From the NCBI GenBank assembly GCA_012295275.1, contig CM022665.1, positions 2,604,001 through 2,668,000 of the forward strand: 64,000 bases of DNA, in the 5' to 3' direction. Below, piece after piece: positions 27,400 through 40,600 of the stretch. The DNA is from Chrysomallon squamiferum (lineage: Eukaryota > Animalia > Mollusca). Numbering within the stretch: position 1 is the stretch's first letter; each line of letters starts with the position of its first letter. Under the pieces are notes generated by a model. It did no database searches and was not told where the DNA came from. It saw nothing but the letters and a program-made list of their open reading frames with translations. The position numbers and the translations under genes were made by a program.

Positions 27400-28609
27400 T
27401 ATATATATATATATTGCCCACATGCTAACAGTAGGAAAAAAAACATTAATAATAGTAATAAAAATAATTTTAAAAATAATTACAGTCCTATCTTTGAAAG
27501 GGGCAGATTACTTCCAGTTATACTTTGTATCATTTAGATAAATCAGTTGTGGGAGTGGGACAGGAAACAGACATGAACATTTGAAATATAATTTGTAAGT
27601 GTTCCATCAAGTGACACAAATCACTTTAGTAAAAAATACTTATTCTATTGTTAAAAATATCTATCTGCTTGTCCTTTATTTCAAAAGTTACTGCAGTTTC
27701 ACAGCTGTCAGCTGTTAATGAAATAGCTGTGCACAACTTTAATTTAACATTTAAGTAACAAAACAGCGCTAGAGTTACTCATCTCAGTTGACTAGTAACA
27801 TTTTTTTTAAACACCATTTTTATTTGTTTAAATGAAACAATTATTTTTAATCTAAGATATTTTGTTCTTGGATTGCTTTTATTTTTTTATTTATTATTTA
27901 CTTCAAACAAACAAAGAACAAACAATAAATTGTGGCAAAAGTTAAAATATATTCTTCAAACAAGAACATTATTTTAAATTAATGTGGCCTTGGTACATTT
28001 ATAAAGCTGAAAAATTAATGAGGTTGTGGAATCATGGAATATTAATAATTTAATTGCGTAAAAAAAATTAGTATATAACAAAGGAAACACATACAAAAAC
28101 TGTTTAATGTATATCAACCTGAAAGAATCAAATAAAGCAATTGATTGGCTGGCATTAATATATAGAAGTAAAATTTTTGTTTAAAAAATAAAAGATATGT
28201 TTACAATGACAGACTATATTTAAACTACATTAACATCACTACCCTGTTAACCTAAAGGTTAGAATAAAATGTTTTCATAGAAAACAACAGTGATAATAAA
28301 ACAAAAACATCTAAACAAATTTTTAAATAAATAAACTTACTGGATTGATTATAATAACTAAAACATTCCTTTATTAACCAAAACTGTTGGTAAATGCTGA
28401 TTCATAACGCAAGCAAGTTGTCTGTCATAACTGAAAGTTTCTACAACTGGGTATCTAACTAATTTGAAATTCTGTTGAAAATGTTACATATCTCAACTCA
28501 ACAGTAAGAACTAAAATGGAAAATGTCCTTTGTAAAACAGCATTCCTTCCAGCTGATATTTTTGTAGTCAGGTAAATTAACAATACATGAACTGTTTCAC
28601 AATTTTTAA

Positions 28610-31600
28610 TCAGTCTTTTAACTGAAGATAGTTCTTAATTTCCTTTACAAGCTGTAGACAGTATTTGGAACCAGGTGTCACTGTTTCCAGATGCTTCCTT
28701 ACATTATTCACACTGTAAGACAATAAGTAAATGAGAATTATAAATATTGTGTTACTCCTTCAAAGTCATTAAAATTCTAAGGTAAAAATGTTAAAATTTT
28801 CAACTGTAAATTTTAACAAGTTTTAGACAAAATATTTTAAAAGATGTTATTAATTGTATGTCATAAATTAAATTAACTTTATTGCTTTAAAAAAAAAAAA
28901 AAAAAAAAAAAAAGACAAAGTAAGCAATGTGTGTAATTTAAAATTATCAATTATTTTTGGTACATTAACTTAAATACTTTGTCATTTACTAATATATATA
29001 TATATATATATATATGTTATGTATAAAGGTCAACATACTTGACTGAGCCAACATGAACAACAATGTCATAGTGAGACAGTTCACATGGATAACCCAATTC
29101 TGATAGAGGGAAAGTTAATGAGACTTTCCTAGATTTTGCCAGATTTCGAATTGAAATGGTTATGCTGTAAAATAAAAACAAAACAATAATCAGCATTATA
29201 TATTTAGGTCACCTCACTACAGTGAGCTATTTTATCAATTTGAAAGGTAGAAATATCTAAATATTTTAAAATATTATCTAAAAAAAGTTGAACAGTTCCT
29301 TTTTTAAAACTGACTTTTCAATTTAGCATTTATTACATGTGAGAGAATAGTGGAAACAATGTTATTTATACAAAGAATTACAACATTTATTTTAAACATA
29401 CTAGTTGTCCTTGATGTCAACGGTATTCTGAAGAGAAATGTTATTGATTTCCTCAGCGGATGTTTGCAGATTGCCCACAATCACAGATACTTCATGTAGA
29501 AGCTGAAATAATTTTTTTTATTTTAAATGATTTAAGAAAAGGTATGTAGTAATTTGTAGCCAGAAATTAGCAACAATAAATAAAAATCACTATATTTAAT
29601 GATGTGTTCTTCTGGTAATTATTAGAAATATATAAAAAATTAAAAATTATATAACAATACACTATTCAAGAGAAACAAAAAAATAATAACAAAATAATTA
29701 GTAAGGTATAAAGTTCAAGAAATATCATTTTCCAAACTGATTTAACAATTCACCTGTGGCAATGCACTCCTGGAAGAATATCTTTCCTTTAGGTTACTTC
29801 TATTGCAGGCGTCAAGAGCTAGTTTAGCAACCAGTCTGAATACTGCAGTGGTGTCATCTGGATAAATTTATTCCATTAAAACAAATCATAATTTTGTTGC
29901 ACTATTTTTTAATTCCTTAAACATCCACACATTCTCTTTCTCTCTCAACAAATATTTAAAACTGTAAACGTTTTGTAATTAAACACACTTCTGATAAACC
30001 AATACATTTAGATCCAGAAAGATGTTCTGTGACATACACACACATAATAAAAAAGAGGCAAAATATCTGAAATTTCATGTGCTAACCTGATACATTTGAA
30101 ACCAGTGACATGCAGCTTGTAATCAGTTTTCCTGTTTCAAATATAACAGTAAGTTGGAGAAAGCCATGAAAGAACAGAAACACACTGTGGTTTAAGCTGT
30201 GTTCCTGCAGTTCCCACTGAAGAATCCTGTAAAATGATAAACAGTTTAACAATTTGAATACGTTAGTCAATAGTATTATGGCCTGAAAGAAAAATGATTG
30301 AATTCTGACAAAATAATACTTATTATTACTGCTTCCATGAGAACTAGAAAAAGACTACATGGTATTGATAGCATATATAAAATTCTCTTTTATTGGCTTC
30401 TTGTAAAATGTACCTTGAAAAAAAAAAACCAAAACAAGCTGTACACCAACGCAAATGGGCTTTATCTTCAATATCCAGTAGGCTGAACAATACTAACAAT
30501 TGTCTTTGCGAGTGTGGTCCCTTTTTCGATACTAAACTGTTACACTCAACTATCTTTCAGAAAATCTGAATGGAGATGACTAACTATCAATGATACAGGG
30601 TAACTGCACTGACCATTGACACTTGTGGCTATGGATTTTCCAGTATCACAACAACCTTGTAAGTGCTTACTTGTGTGTATGCATTTGGGTTGCACTGTAC
30701 GTGTTTTATGAATGAGACCTAAGTTTTGTTCTTAACAAATTTCAATAGGGAGGAGCTCACATTAGAATTTAGTGTCGATGTCCATCTTTATCCCACCTTG
30801 ACTGTGTTGTTGAGGAAATAATGATGAAAGTAGGACACTGTTGAGGTAGCAGTGCTGATTGGGTGTGAGTGAGTGAAAAACATTAATATGTTGTGAAGCA
30901 TGTGTGTATAAGTCATGTTCTTCAAGTATTACAAATATTTGATACTAGGAAAAAATACCATTTCAATGTCTGTGATTTCAACTGGAGTTGTTTGACAGTT
31001 TCTTGGTTTTCATTCATGCTTAAGCCTGAGGATTCAATCAGTTCATCAACCAGCTCTGAATGCTTTGAATCAAGTGATAACAACACATCTATAAAATTCA
31101 TCTTCTCTCTAAGAAAGAGACAAAATAATTAAAACAATATGAGAACAAAACATAAGTAATTATTTTTCATACATTTTATGCCGATTCAATACTTACCTAG
31201 TCAAAAAAGCTGAAGATATTTAGCAACGTTGTTTCATTTAGAAAACATTAAATACAAAACAAAACAAAAAAAAAGGGTGGAAAATAAAATCAGAAATCAT
31301 ACATGAATTTAACATATACACACCTAATCATTTTGTGATCAAAACTGTCAGTGCAGAAATTGAATTATTTATAACAACTATATCAATATTTTACATATTT
31401 TATGTTATTCTATTTGTGGACCTTCTTAATACAAATTATGGATACCTTAAACAGTCTTCAATTACTGCATTGGTTTCTTCAAGTTCTGAAAACATCAAAT
31501 AGAAAATGAAAATTGCACAGGTAGAAAAATGTTCAATACATTCTTTCTTGAACAAGAATAGTATATTTATAGAAAAGTTTGTTTACAATCCATGATTTGA

Positions 31601-34600
31601 TAAACAAAAGTAATTGGTTTGATGCCAATGGTGATAATATACATATACATTTTAGAATGTTTTTTTCTTGTTCAACATTCCACTAAAATTTAACAGCTAC
31701 ATAATGACTGCACAAAACAAAATTATAAAAAAAAAAAAAAATAATAATAATAATAATAATCTTTTCAATGATACCATTTTGCTTTTGAAAAATCTGCTCA
31801 TCTTCATCAATGAATGAATTGGTCTGTAGCTGATGGATCTCCATTTCAACTTCAGCAGAAACTACAAATAAATATACATATTTTAATGGCAAGCTCTATT
31901 TTTAGAAAACAAAAGGGGATAAAAAACAAATAAGGAATCTTTTGTACTAGTATGAAGTTTTTAGAATACTTAATGAATTTAATTTCATCTGTTTGCATGT
32001 TATTTATATATTTATTTTTATTTTATTTTTATTTGTCGATCACATACATACACAGAGATTCAGATTTAATAAAGATAATGAAGTGCAAATTAAAACAGAT
32101 TTAGCAAAATATTGTATATATTTACTTGTTTCAATTTCTGAGAGCATGTTAAAAACAATTTCAGTTTTAGATATTATATCTTCCACAGCCTCATGAAGTA
32201 TCAATTGTTGGTCCTGAAAATGTGAAACAATAAATACCAGCAATAATAATCTATAATTAATAATTCAGTATTATCTAAAAATGCTGAGTTATGGATAATA
32301 TATCTGCAACATAGAGTGATAAAACATGACAAGGGACTTAACAATATATGAATCAAAGTAAATAAATCAGCATATACAGTGAATAACAATGCCAATATAG
32401 TATACTAATATAGCAACAAGAGTACTTCTGTGGGAATTTGTAAACAAGAATTTTTGCTTTAACACTAACTGTTATACTATTGAAAGAAATTACTTTTTGG
32501 TTTTTAAAATCCATTCAAGTCTAATGGTCATTTAAAAAAAAAATCAGCCATTTTGAATTTTTGATGAAAATGTCGCTGAAAGAGCTAAAGTTGACAATTA
32601 CATAAAAATTCAAAATATGAAAACATTTAATCTTGAAATAAAAAATATTATTAAACCTTTATATATATATTTACCTCCATACTATTCAGATAGTCAACAT
32701 TTCTGCTTATTTGTTTTTTTTTCCAGATTAATTTAGCTTTTTTCCAGCAGACACCCTTACATAAATGAACTTTTTCTTTCAGTTCTTCAAGCTAAAGACA
32801 AAAGAAAAAAACAAAAGAAAATTAAGCAAGCAAGATATGTGGATTAGACAGATATTTAAATATTACTGTCATAATATATGCTAATTAAGTTAACAACCAA
32901 AAGCAAACTAAAAACAGATGTCTAGGCCAGATTCAGTTCCGAATGTTTTGATCTGAAAGTGATAAATCAGTGAAACCTTCTGTTTTACTAAATCTGACAA
33001 CTTTGAAAATACGTCTAAATCTTTTCTAATTTTCAAAACCACTTCATAACTTTAAAATGTTTTAAAAAGAGAGGTATTACATTTAAGTGTTAATGCCAAA
33101 ACATGATAGCAAAATCCATCAAGTCTTGGCCAGCTCAATACTTACAGAATTTAGCAATATAAATTATTTCAATAATACAGTATCTGAAAATAATTTTCAA
33201 CTTTTATCAATTTTAAAATAAAACTAAAAACTAAAATTAATAATTTTTAGTGAAAAGGATACTTCAAGAAGACAAAAATGCGAAAGTGCAATTCACTAAC
33301 CTCAGGCACATCTGCTTTATCAGTAAGGTCAAAGACTTGAGGCTGATTTTCAATCATACCCATCTTGATAGTTTCAATATCCGATTTCAGACTAAGGGAA
33401 AACAAATTAAATAATTAAAAAATAAAAATAAAATCAACCAAAAAACAAAAGCCCCTTAATAGAAAGAAACTACTGACACTACAGAATAAGAAACAAATGA
33501 AAGGACTAGTAGCAGAACAACTTCTAAAAAATTTAAATGTAAATAACAATTGAAATTTTAACTTTTGCTGAGTATTACCTATACAATATGCTATGTGGTA
33601 TGGTGTGATGGTATTTAAATGTTTTTGTATCTATATCAATGGGGTAAAAAAAATAAAGAGAATTTTTTTTTTTGGGGGGGGAATGTTTTTGAAATGGACT
33701 GTCATCTAATAATATGGACTAATTTAATCAATTTAGTTGTGGAAATCTATTAAAAATAAACATTTAAAGTACTGTTTGGTCTTTGTTGGAATGCGTTTAC
33801 AAAAAACATCAACAAGTATTTCTCAAGTACAGCCATTCTCTATTTTGTTCTGCATATTGGTTTACTTTACATTTGATGGCAGTACTTCTAAATTGGTTTC
33901 CTTGGTCCAGTTCAGGAATTCTACAAAGCTATTTTTTGTTCCTGCTTCTCTGTAACTGACTATGTGGTTTATGTATATTATACCTTTCTTCCTCATCTGC
34001 CAAATATCTCAGTACTCTTTTGGTGATGTTATACTTGGGAACCTTTAGTACAAGGGTTTCTAAAATATTTTGTAAATTGTCTTTCTCTACTGTCTGGAAA
34101 AAAAAGAGAAAAAAAGTTAAAAACATAAATCAAGAGTTTAGTGAAAAAACTATTTGTTGACCCATTTGTATTGGGTCAGAAAAAAGCTTGAAAAAAATCA
34201 ATGTAAAGCAGCAATGAATGTCCAACTAACAAATTTGTGGACTAGATGCATATAAACATACATATACATTAAATAATAAAGTTTTAGTATTTTATTTTCT
34301 GCTAAATTTATATGATTAACTATGTGAAATTTAAAAAAAAGATAGGTATTAAGATCTTGATGTATTACTGATATTTTAAATTATTTCCAGTAATAAGATC
34401 AGCGAGATCTCAGTTTAGAATATTGATCATGTTGGAACGATGACATTTAAATTCCTTTGAGACAATTTAAGAAAAATCACAATAAAAAGTTACATTTATT
34501 ACTTTTAACACAGCTATTTTAAAATGTTCAGATTTTAAATATACAACATACCACTGAAAAATTGCTTCTTCTTATTTTAATCCAGTCTTTATGTGTAATA

Positions 34601-37600
34601 TCCATCTTCTTGCAAAACTGAAAACAGAATAATGAAGTAAAACTTCAGTGAGCTAAGTAGAAATAACTTTCATTTAGTAAGTATACAAACTTACTAAAAC
34701 AATTTGTCATAGTCTAATAATCTCCAGAACACACCAAACATGTACATAAAATAACAACAGTTTTATCACTTCAAATTTTGGCAGCATTTGTTAATGTTAT
34801 AGAAGACAAAACGTCATGGCCTGTGGTTAAATGTAGTAGTATTGAATTATCAATGCATTTTAAAACAAGTTTAATTAAAGATTTGTATTTGGTACCCAAA
34901 CCAACAGAACAGTACTAGCAATTAAATACGGAATTGGAAATGTAACCACTTCTGACCTATTTTTTTTTTTTTTATGAACAAATATAAAATAAATGGTGAC
35001 AAAATGAGATTCAGCAACACTTGTAAATATGATGAGTTAAATGAACTGGTATGTGGATGACCTTTTTCACTGAAAATATTCTCACTACATCTACTTGGAA
35101 GAATTAAACATATTAAATGCACAGTGAATGATTATATATTGTTGTTTTATATATTGTAAATGTGCTCTTAATACATGTACAATGTAGTTTCTTGGTTAAA
35201 CAAATGTAACTTATCAATAAAACTGTTATCCTATTCTGGTCCAGGGATTTCTGAATGTTTTGGTTGATTTCAAATTCCAAATTTTTTAGGCAATGGAAAT
35301 CAAATGAAAACACTGGTCATCCCTCTCCAAACCCATACAAGTTTTATGATCCCACTGTATAGTATTACCTTATCATGTATCACACATGAAATTGTTGAAA
35401 AACTGGGCTGATTTTGTATCGAGGATGATGACTTTTCCTCATTGCTTATCAAATCAGTCAACAAAAGATCATTTTGAGTGTGATTAGTGATACCAGTTGT
35501 GTTTTCCACTAAAATAAAAAGAAATATAAATTCAAACCAGAATATTGCAATAGTAAGCTAAGTACCAATACAGTGTTTTGGTGTACATAATAATAAAGGT
35601 GGGTAACAGATAACTCAAATGTGTTTATTTTCAAGTAATAGTTAAGTCTATTAACCTATATTAATAATGAAGTATCACTCACACAAATAAAAATTCACCA
35701 AAAATTAAATAAAAATTAAAAAATTAAAATTAAAAAATAAAGTAGAAAAGTCAATACAGAATTACTTTTTCCTTGTTTTGTTTAGTCAATTTGTAAAAAA
35801 TAACAGTAATAAGTTGCAATATCTTGAGATACTTAACTATCAGAAAAATTTAGAATAAAGGAATAAATAAATAAATAAAATAAAATAAACAAAACCCCAC
35901 ACCCAAAAACCCAACAACAAACGGAAGTACATATCTGACGTAATTGTTTCTTAGCTCATTTGCTTATGTGATCTGAACTCTTTGTACTAAGAAAATTGAT
36001 CTGACATTATACAAATACACGTTGTACAAAGAAACTAAATTATTCCTTACCTTTTTCTGAGTCCAGTAAATCAGTATTGTATGGTTGCTTGTTCAAAGAA
36101 AAATTAGAATGCTCTGCATTATCTAATTCAGCATTAGTCTGGTTTGTTGATGTTTTCTCTGCATGACTTCCGATGGACAGCTGCAGTTTGGACAAAGTTG
36201 TTTCCACATTGGCAGCACTGTCAAATGTGGACACATCAGTTGTACTTGGTTTATACAGAAAAGCCTGAGAAATATAATCAGTGATATCTTTTTCTGATGG
36301 AGCCTTTTTGGAGTATGAATTGGAGTCTGAAGCCTGCAAACTCATAATAGATGCTTCAGAACTAGTTTCTGAAGGTACAGCTGCTTTTCCTCCAGTAAGT
36401 TCTTTAGTATTTGTTTTTGATGCAATTTCCATCTTTTTCTCTACTGGTTTTAAACTGTGAAGATCTTTACTTATTTCGTTCAGTGACGTGAACTTGTTTT
36501 TTGATTCATCATCTTTTCTTATTAGACTGTTGCCTAGTAATTTAATGTTCTTTGCTTTTGCTTTCATAATTTCTGTATCAAACGTATCTATTTTACGTTT
36601 CAGGCTGCTACTGACAGCAAATACATCGGACAGGTGACTGTAATTAGAAGGAAACCTGCTGGAAACTGCTGTTTTTCTAACAGATGAACATAAAGTCTCA
36701 CTTTGTGACTGGGATTCTGATGCATCTACTGTACCTTGACATGTCATTTCTAGTAGAGAACTGTCTTTAGTTTCCGATACACTCTCACCCATGGTTTTCT
36801 CCAGACATGTTAATTCCATTACAGAAGGCATTTGGCTATTTTTGCACAGTTTTACAAAGCTACTACTTAACTCTCCTTGTTTCTGATTTTCTGAATCTTC
36901 TGTGCAACTATTGTTTTTGTTATTTTCAGTTACTTGTTCTGTTGTTGGCAATGTGATTTCATGTTTTGTTATTTTTATGGATGTTGACACATCAAGTTTT
37001 GCAACTGCAGCTTTTTTCAGGTCAGCATAGCATTTGTTTGTTAAAACTGAAAATGTATTACATGTAGTTTCTGTTGCACTGTCATTTTCTTCATTGTCGT
37101 AGATGGGTTTGTTATCAATAGTATTACATGTTATTTCCATAGAAGTTAGATCATCTAACTTTTCAGTGGGATTTGTATGAATGGCAGCAACAACATCATG
37201 CTTTTCCTCTGTAGCTTTCTGACAATACACAATCTCTTTGTTTTCAGATGTTTCATTACATCTGGCTTCTTCCATTTTCATTTCATTTTCAACTGTTAAA
37301 TTATCATGCATTTCACCAGCAACTTTTCCTTTTGCAGATACTCCATCCTTAATTCCTTGAGACTTTCCCAAATAACTGATGTTCTCAGTATTTTCAGATA
37401 TTCCATTTGGATTTGCCTCAGGAATATTAATATCATTTGTCACTGGTATCATAGATGCATCTTTTATTTTTTCGGAAGCTGTGTCATGACAATTGTTGGC
37501 AACTGGTAATGCTGTACTTTTATCATTGGGTGATCTGTTCACACCCACATCAGCTGAAATTTTTGGTGATTTAGATTCTCTTAATTCATCAACTGCAGAA

Positions 37601-40600
37601 TTATTCCTGATACAGAAATCTAAGTCGAACATTTCCATGGCAGCCAAACCGTTACCTTTTTCAAAAATTATAGTATGGCTGGACTGCAAGTCGACAGCAA
37701 TAGTCTGGCAGGTCATTTCCATTACATCAGTATCATCCGAAGGTTTCAAATTTACAGAATTCTGTGTATTGGGTTTTACTAACTTCTTTTCCAAAACTCC
37801 ACTGCTAAATGGAGTATTAACCTCTGAAGTAGATGGACAAGCTTTTTCCAAAACACTATTGCTATTCGGATTTGAACATACATCACTCTGCGAATTGTCC
37901 TGTATGAATTGACAGGTCAGTTCCATTGAAAGATCATCTCCAGTGTTTTCTGGTCTGCTTATAGTGGCAGTAAGTGTTGGTTCAGCTTTTGTAAGTGTTT
38001 CAGAAATTGTCTCCTTGGTAATGCTAGTTTCAAGAGAAACTCCCAGTGGTTGCTGTACTGTTTTGCTGTGACAATCATAAAATGATGTTGCTTGATAATT
38101 GGTAAAGTTTTTATTTTTTGCATTCTTATTAAGAATTGTACTCTGAATGTTTGGAATGCCAGGACATGTCAGATCCATTATATCATCATCCTCATATATT
38201 CTGGTATGTTCATCAGTCAAATTTCTTTTGTTCAGGATATTCTGGCATGTGATATCCAAACCTCCTTCAGTGCCAATTTGTTTGCGTATGTCTATATCAG
38301 CGACTGCAGACGTGTTTTGAAAGTTCACACATGTGAAATCCATCTCATCACCAGTCCCAAATATTTTAGTGCAGTCCTGTGGTTGTCCGTCTTCATTCTT
38401 GAAATAATTTGTAATGTCAGATAAGCCTTTGTTCCTATAAAACTGCAGTCCAGGATTTTTCAAACTACGGTTTTGACTTGCGACATCTGTTCCTATTACC
38501 TTTGAGTTTTTATCACATTCATCAGCCGTCTCTTTATTTACTGTTCATAAAAATAAAATAAGATTTAAAAAAAATGAAATCAATGATAAATAATCAGCAA
38601 AAACACCAGTGCCATCCAAATGCATGTCAGTTTCTCACAGATGTTTATTTTATTTATAAACATTTTGCTAATTTAATTCAACTTCTAATGCAGCCAACTT
38701 AATTCTCCTCCAAAAAAATCTTAATATGGCTAGACTTCCACTTTACATTTAAAACAGAGTTATGTTGGCTATTTTCATTGCATCAGTATCAATAAAAAGT
38801 TTGAAAGCAACGTGAAAAAGGTTTAAACAGTAAAATAACAGAATAAAATATTCACCAGAATACCACTTGGACAATATCCTATATACAAACCTTTATTCCC
38901 AGAACCTCTCAGTTTTTCTATGATGGATTTTGAATCAATTCGGAACTCTACATCAACATTTTGTAAATCTTCGTATTCCAGAATATTACGTGATTTATGT
39001 CCAGTCCTAGTAAACTGTGATAAAAACGTTTGTGAACCAATTTTCTCCACATCTCCCGTGTGGACATCATGTCTGACAGGAAAACAAAACAGATACAGTT
39101 GACACAGTCAGCATTTCAAACAATAATAATCATAATAATAAAAAATCTATTTCAATTAAATTTCCTTCATAATCAGATATTTATAAACTTCTGTTATTTA
39201 AATCAATGTAAACCTGGTTAATTTCACACTTCTGAATAAACAAGTAGAAATAGTCTCAAACACAAAATATCATTTCAGCACTTTTATAATTTGCCTTTTA
39301 CATGTAAAACACTTGCCTGAAAGTTCTTAGGTAAAAAAAACCATAATAATAAAAAAAGTTTTTATGGAACAATAGACCATTTATACTAGTATTCAGACAA
39401 ACTATCAAGGACTAGGTACTATTAAAAATTATAATCCACACTCATTACATTTATCTCTGATAAACACACTTGGTAAAATGTTGAACAACAGCGAAGTTCT
39501 AATTATTCTCTAAGTGTTCTACATACTTCTCCATATGATTGTTTTAAAAATTAATTAAATATTACCTGTCTGATGATGAAAAACCTTCAGGATAGTCTGT
39601 ATTTATTTCAGAAGTATCATCTTCATTCTAAAAAAAATTAGACATTCAAATTAGGTATGATAAATCACTGTAGCTTTTACAAAACACTGTTTTGAAGTAC
39701 ATTTTCTTACCTAACAAATGATCAACTGTTAACATTCTGTGAATGTTTTTAAAATAAAATTAATAACTTAGATCAAAGTAATTTATAATTCAGCGTGTTA
39801 ACAAAAGTTACATGTTAAACAAATATAGATTCAAACTGTATAAAGTTTTTGTAGAAAGCACAATACGTACAATTAGGTCATCATGGTTATCATGTATCAC
39901 TCCAGTGAGAAGTTTGTTAAAACCTGTCAAAATTAAAAGAAATACTAGACAATGTATTATAACTTCATGGATGCAAAACATTTTTTTTTTTTTTTAGATT
40001 TTGTGTATTAAAGTTGTACAAATATGCAGTAAAATAAAATAACTAAATAAATTGTTACTGTTTAATTTTTTAATTTTATTTATTTATTTGGTTGCTGTTT
40101 ATGTTTTCTTTCATGTTTGTTTGTTTTTGGTCAGATGGAAACACTGACAGTTACTGTTGTTATATATAATCACGATAGTTGACAAATAGTTTACATACCT
40201 GTAATATCTGGTACAGAAGTGTCATTTTCAAATCTACAGAAAAAAAATTAAATTAAATTAAATTCAAATACATAAAGTACAAAGAAAGAAAGATATTTTA
40301 AAACCACCATTAATGTTTTAAAAGAAGGTTTTTCATTAATTAGAATGCGCAAAATGAAAAGAATCTCCAAAAATGTCATTTAAATTTCTATGAAAAAAAA
40401 AAAAAAAAAGAAAAAAAAAAGAAACATGAAACAACCCTTCTGCTAAAATCAAAGGACAAATAAAAAAATAAGTACTTATCTGATGAAATTATTTATGGAA
40501 TACAGCATTTACTTCCATGAGTTATAGAATCAAACACATTACAATCATTCATGTATTATCTCTGTGAAAAAGGTAATTTAAGATGATAAAATGGGAACAC

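Noticed and set aside
30262-30282. 21-nt candidate KNL1 micro-exon with a good acceptor
   Set aside because: In the required phase 2 it gives an immediate TAA, the donor (gtattc) is weak, and the flanking exons join in frame without it.
30430-30890. Higher-GC intronic block in KNL1 that may be a retroelement remnant
   Set aside because: No second copy in the window and no recognisable motif; cannot be classified without a database search.
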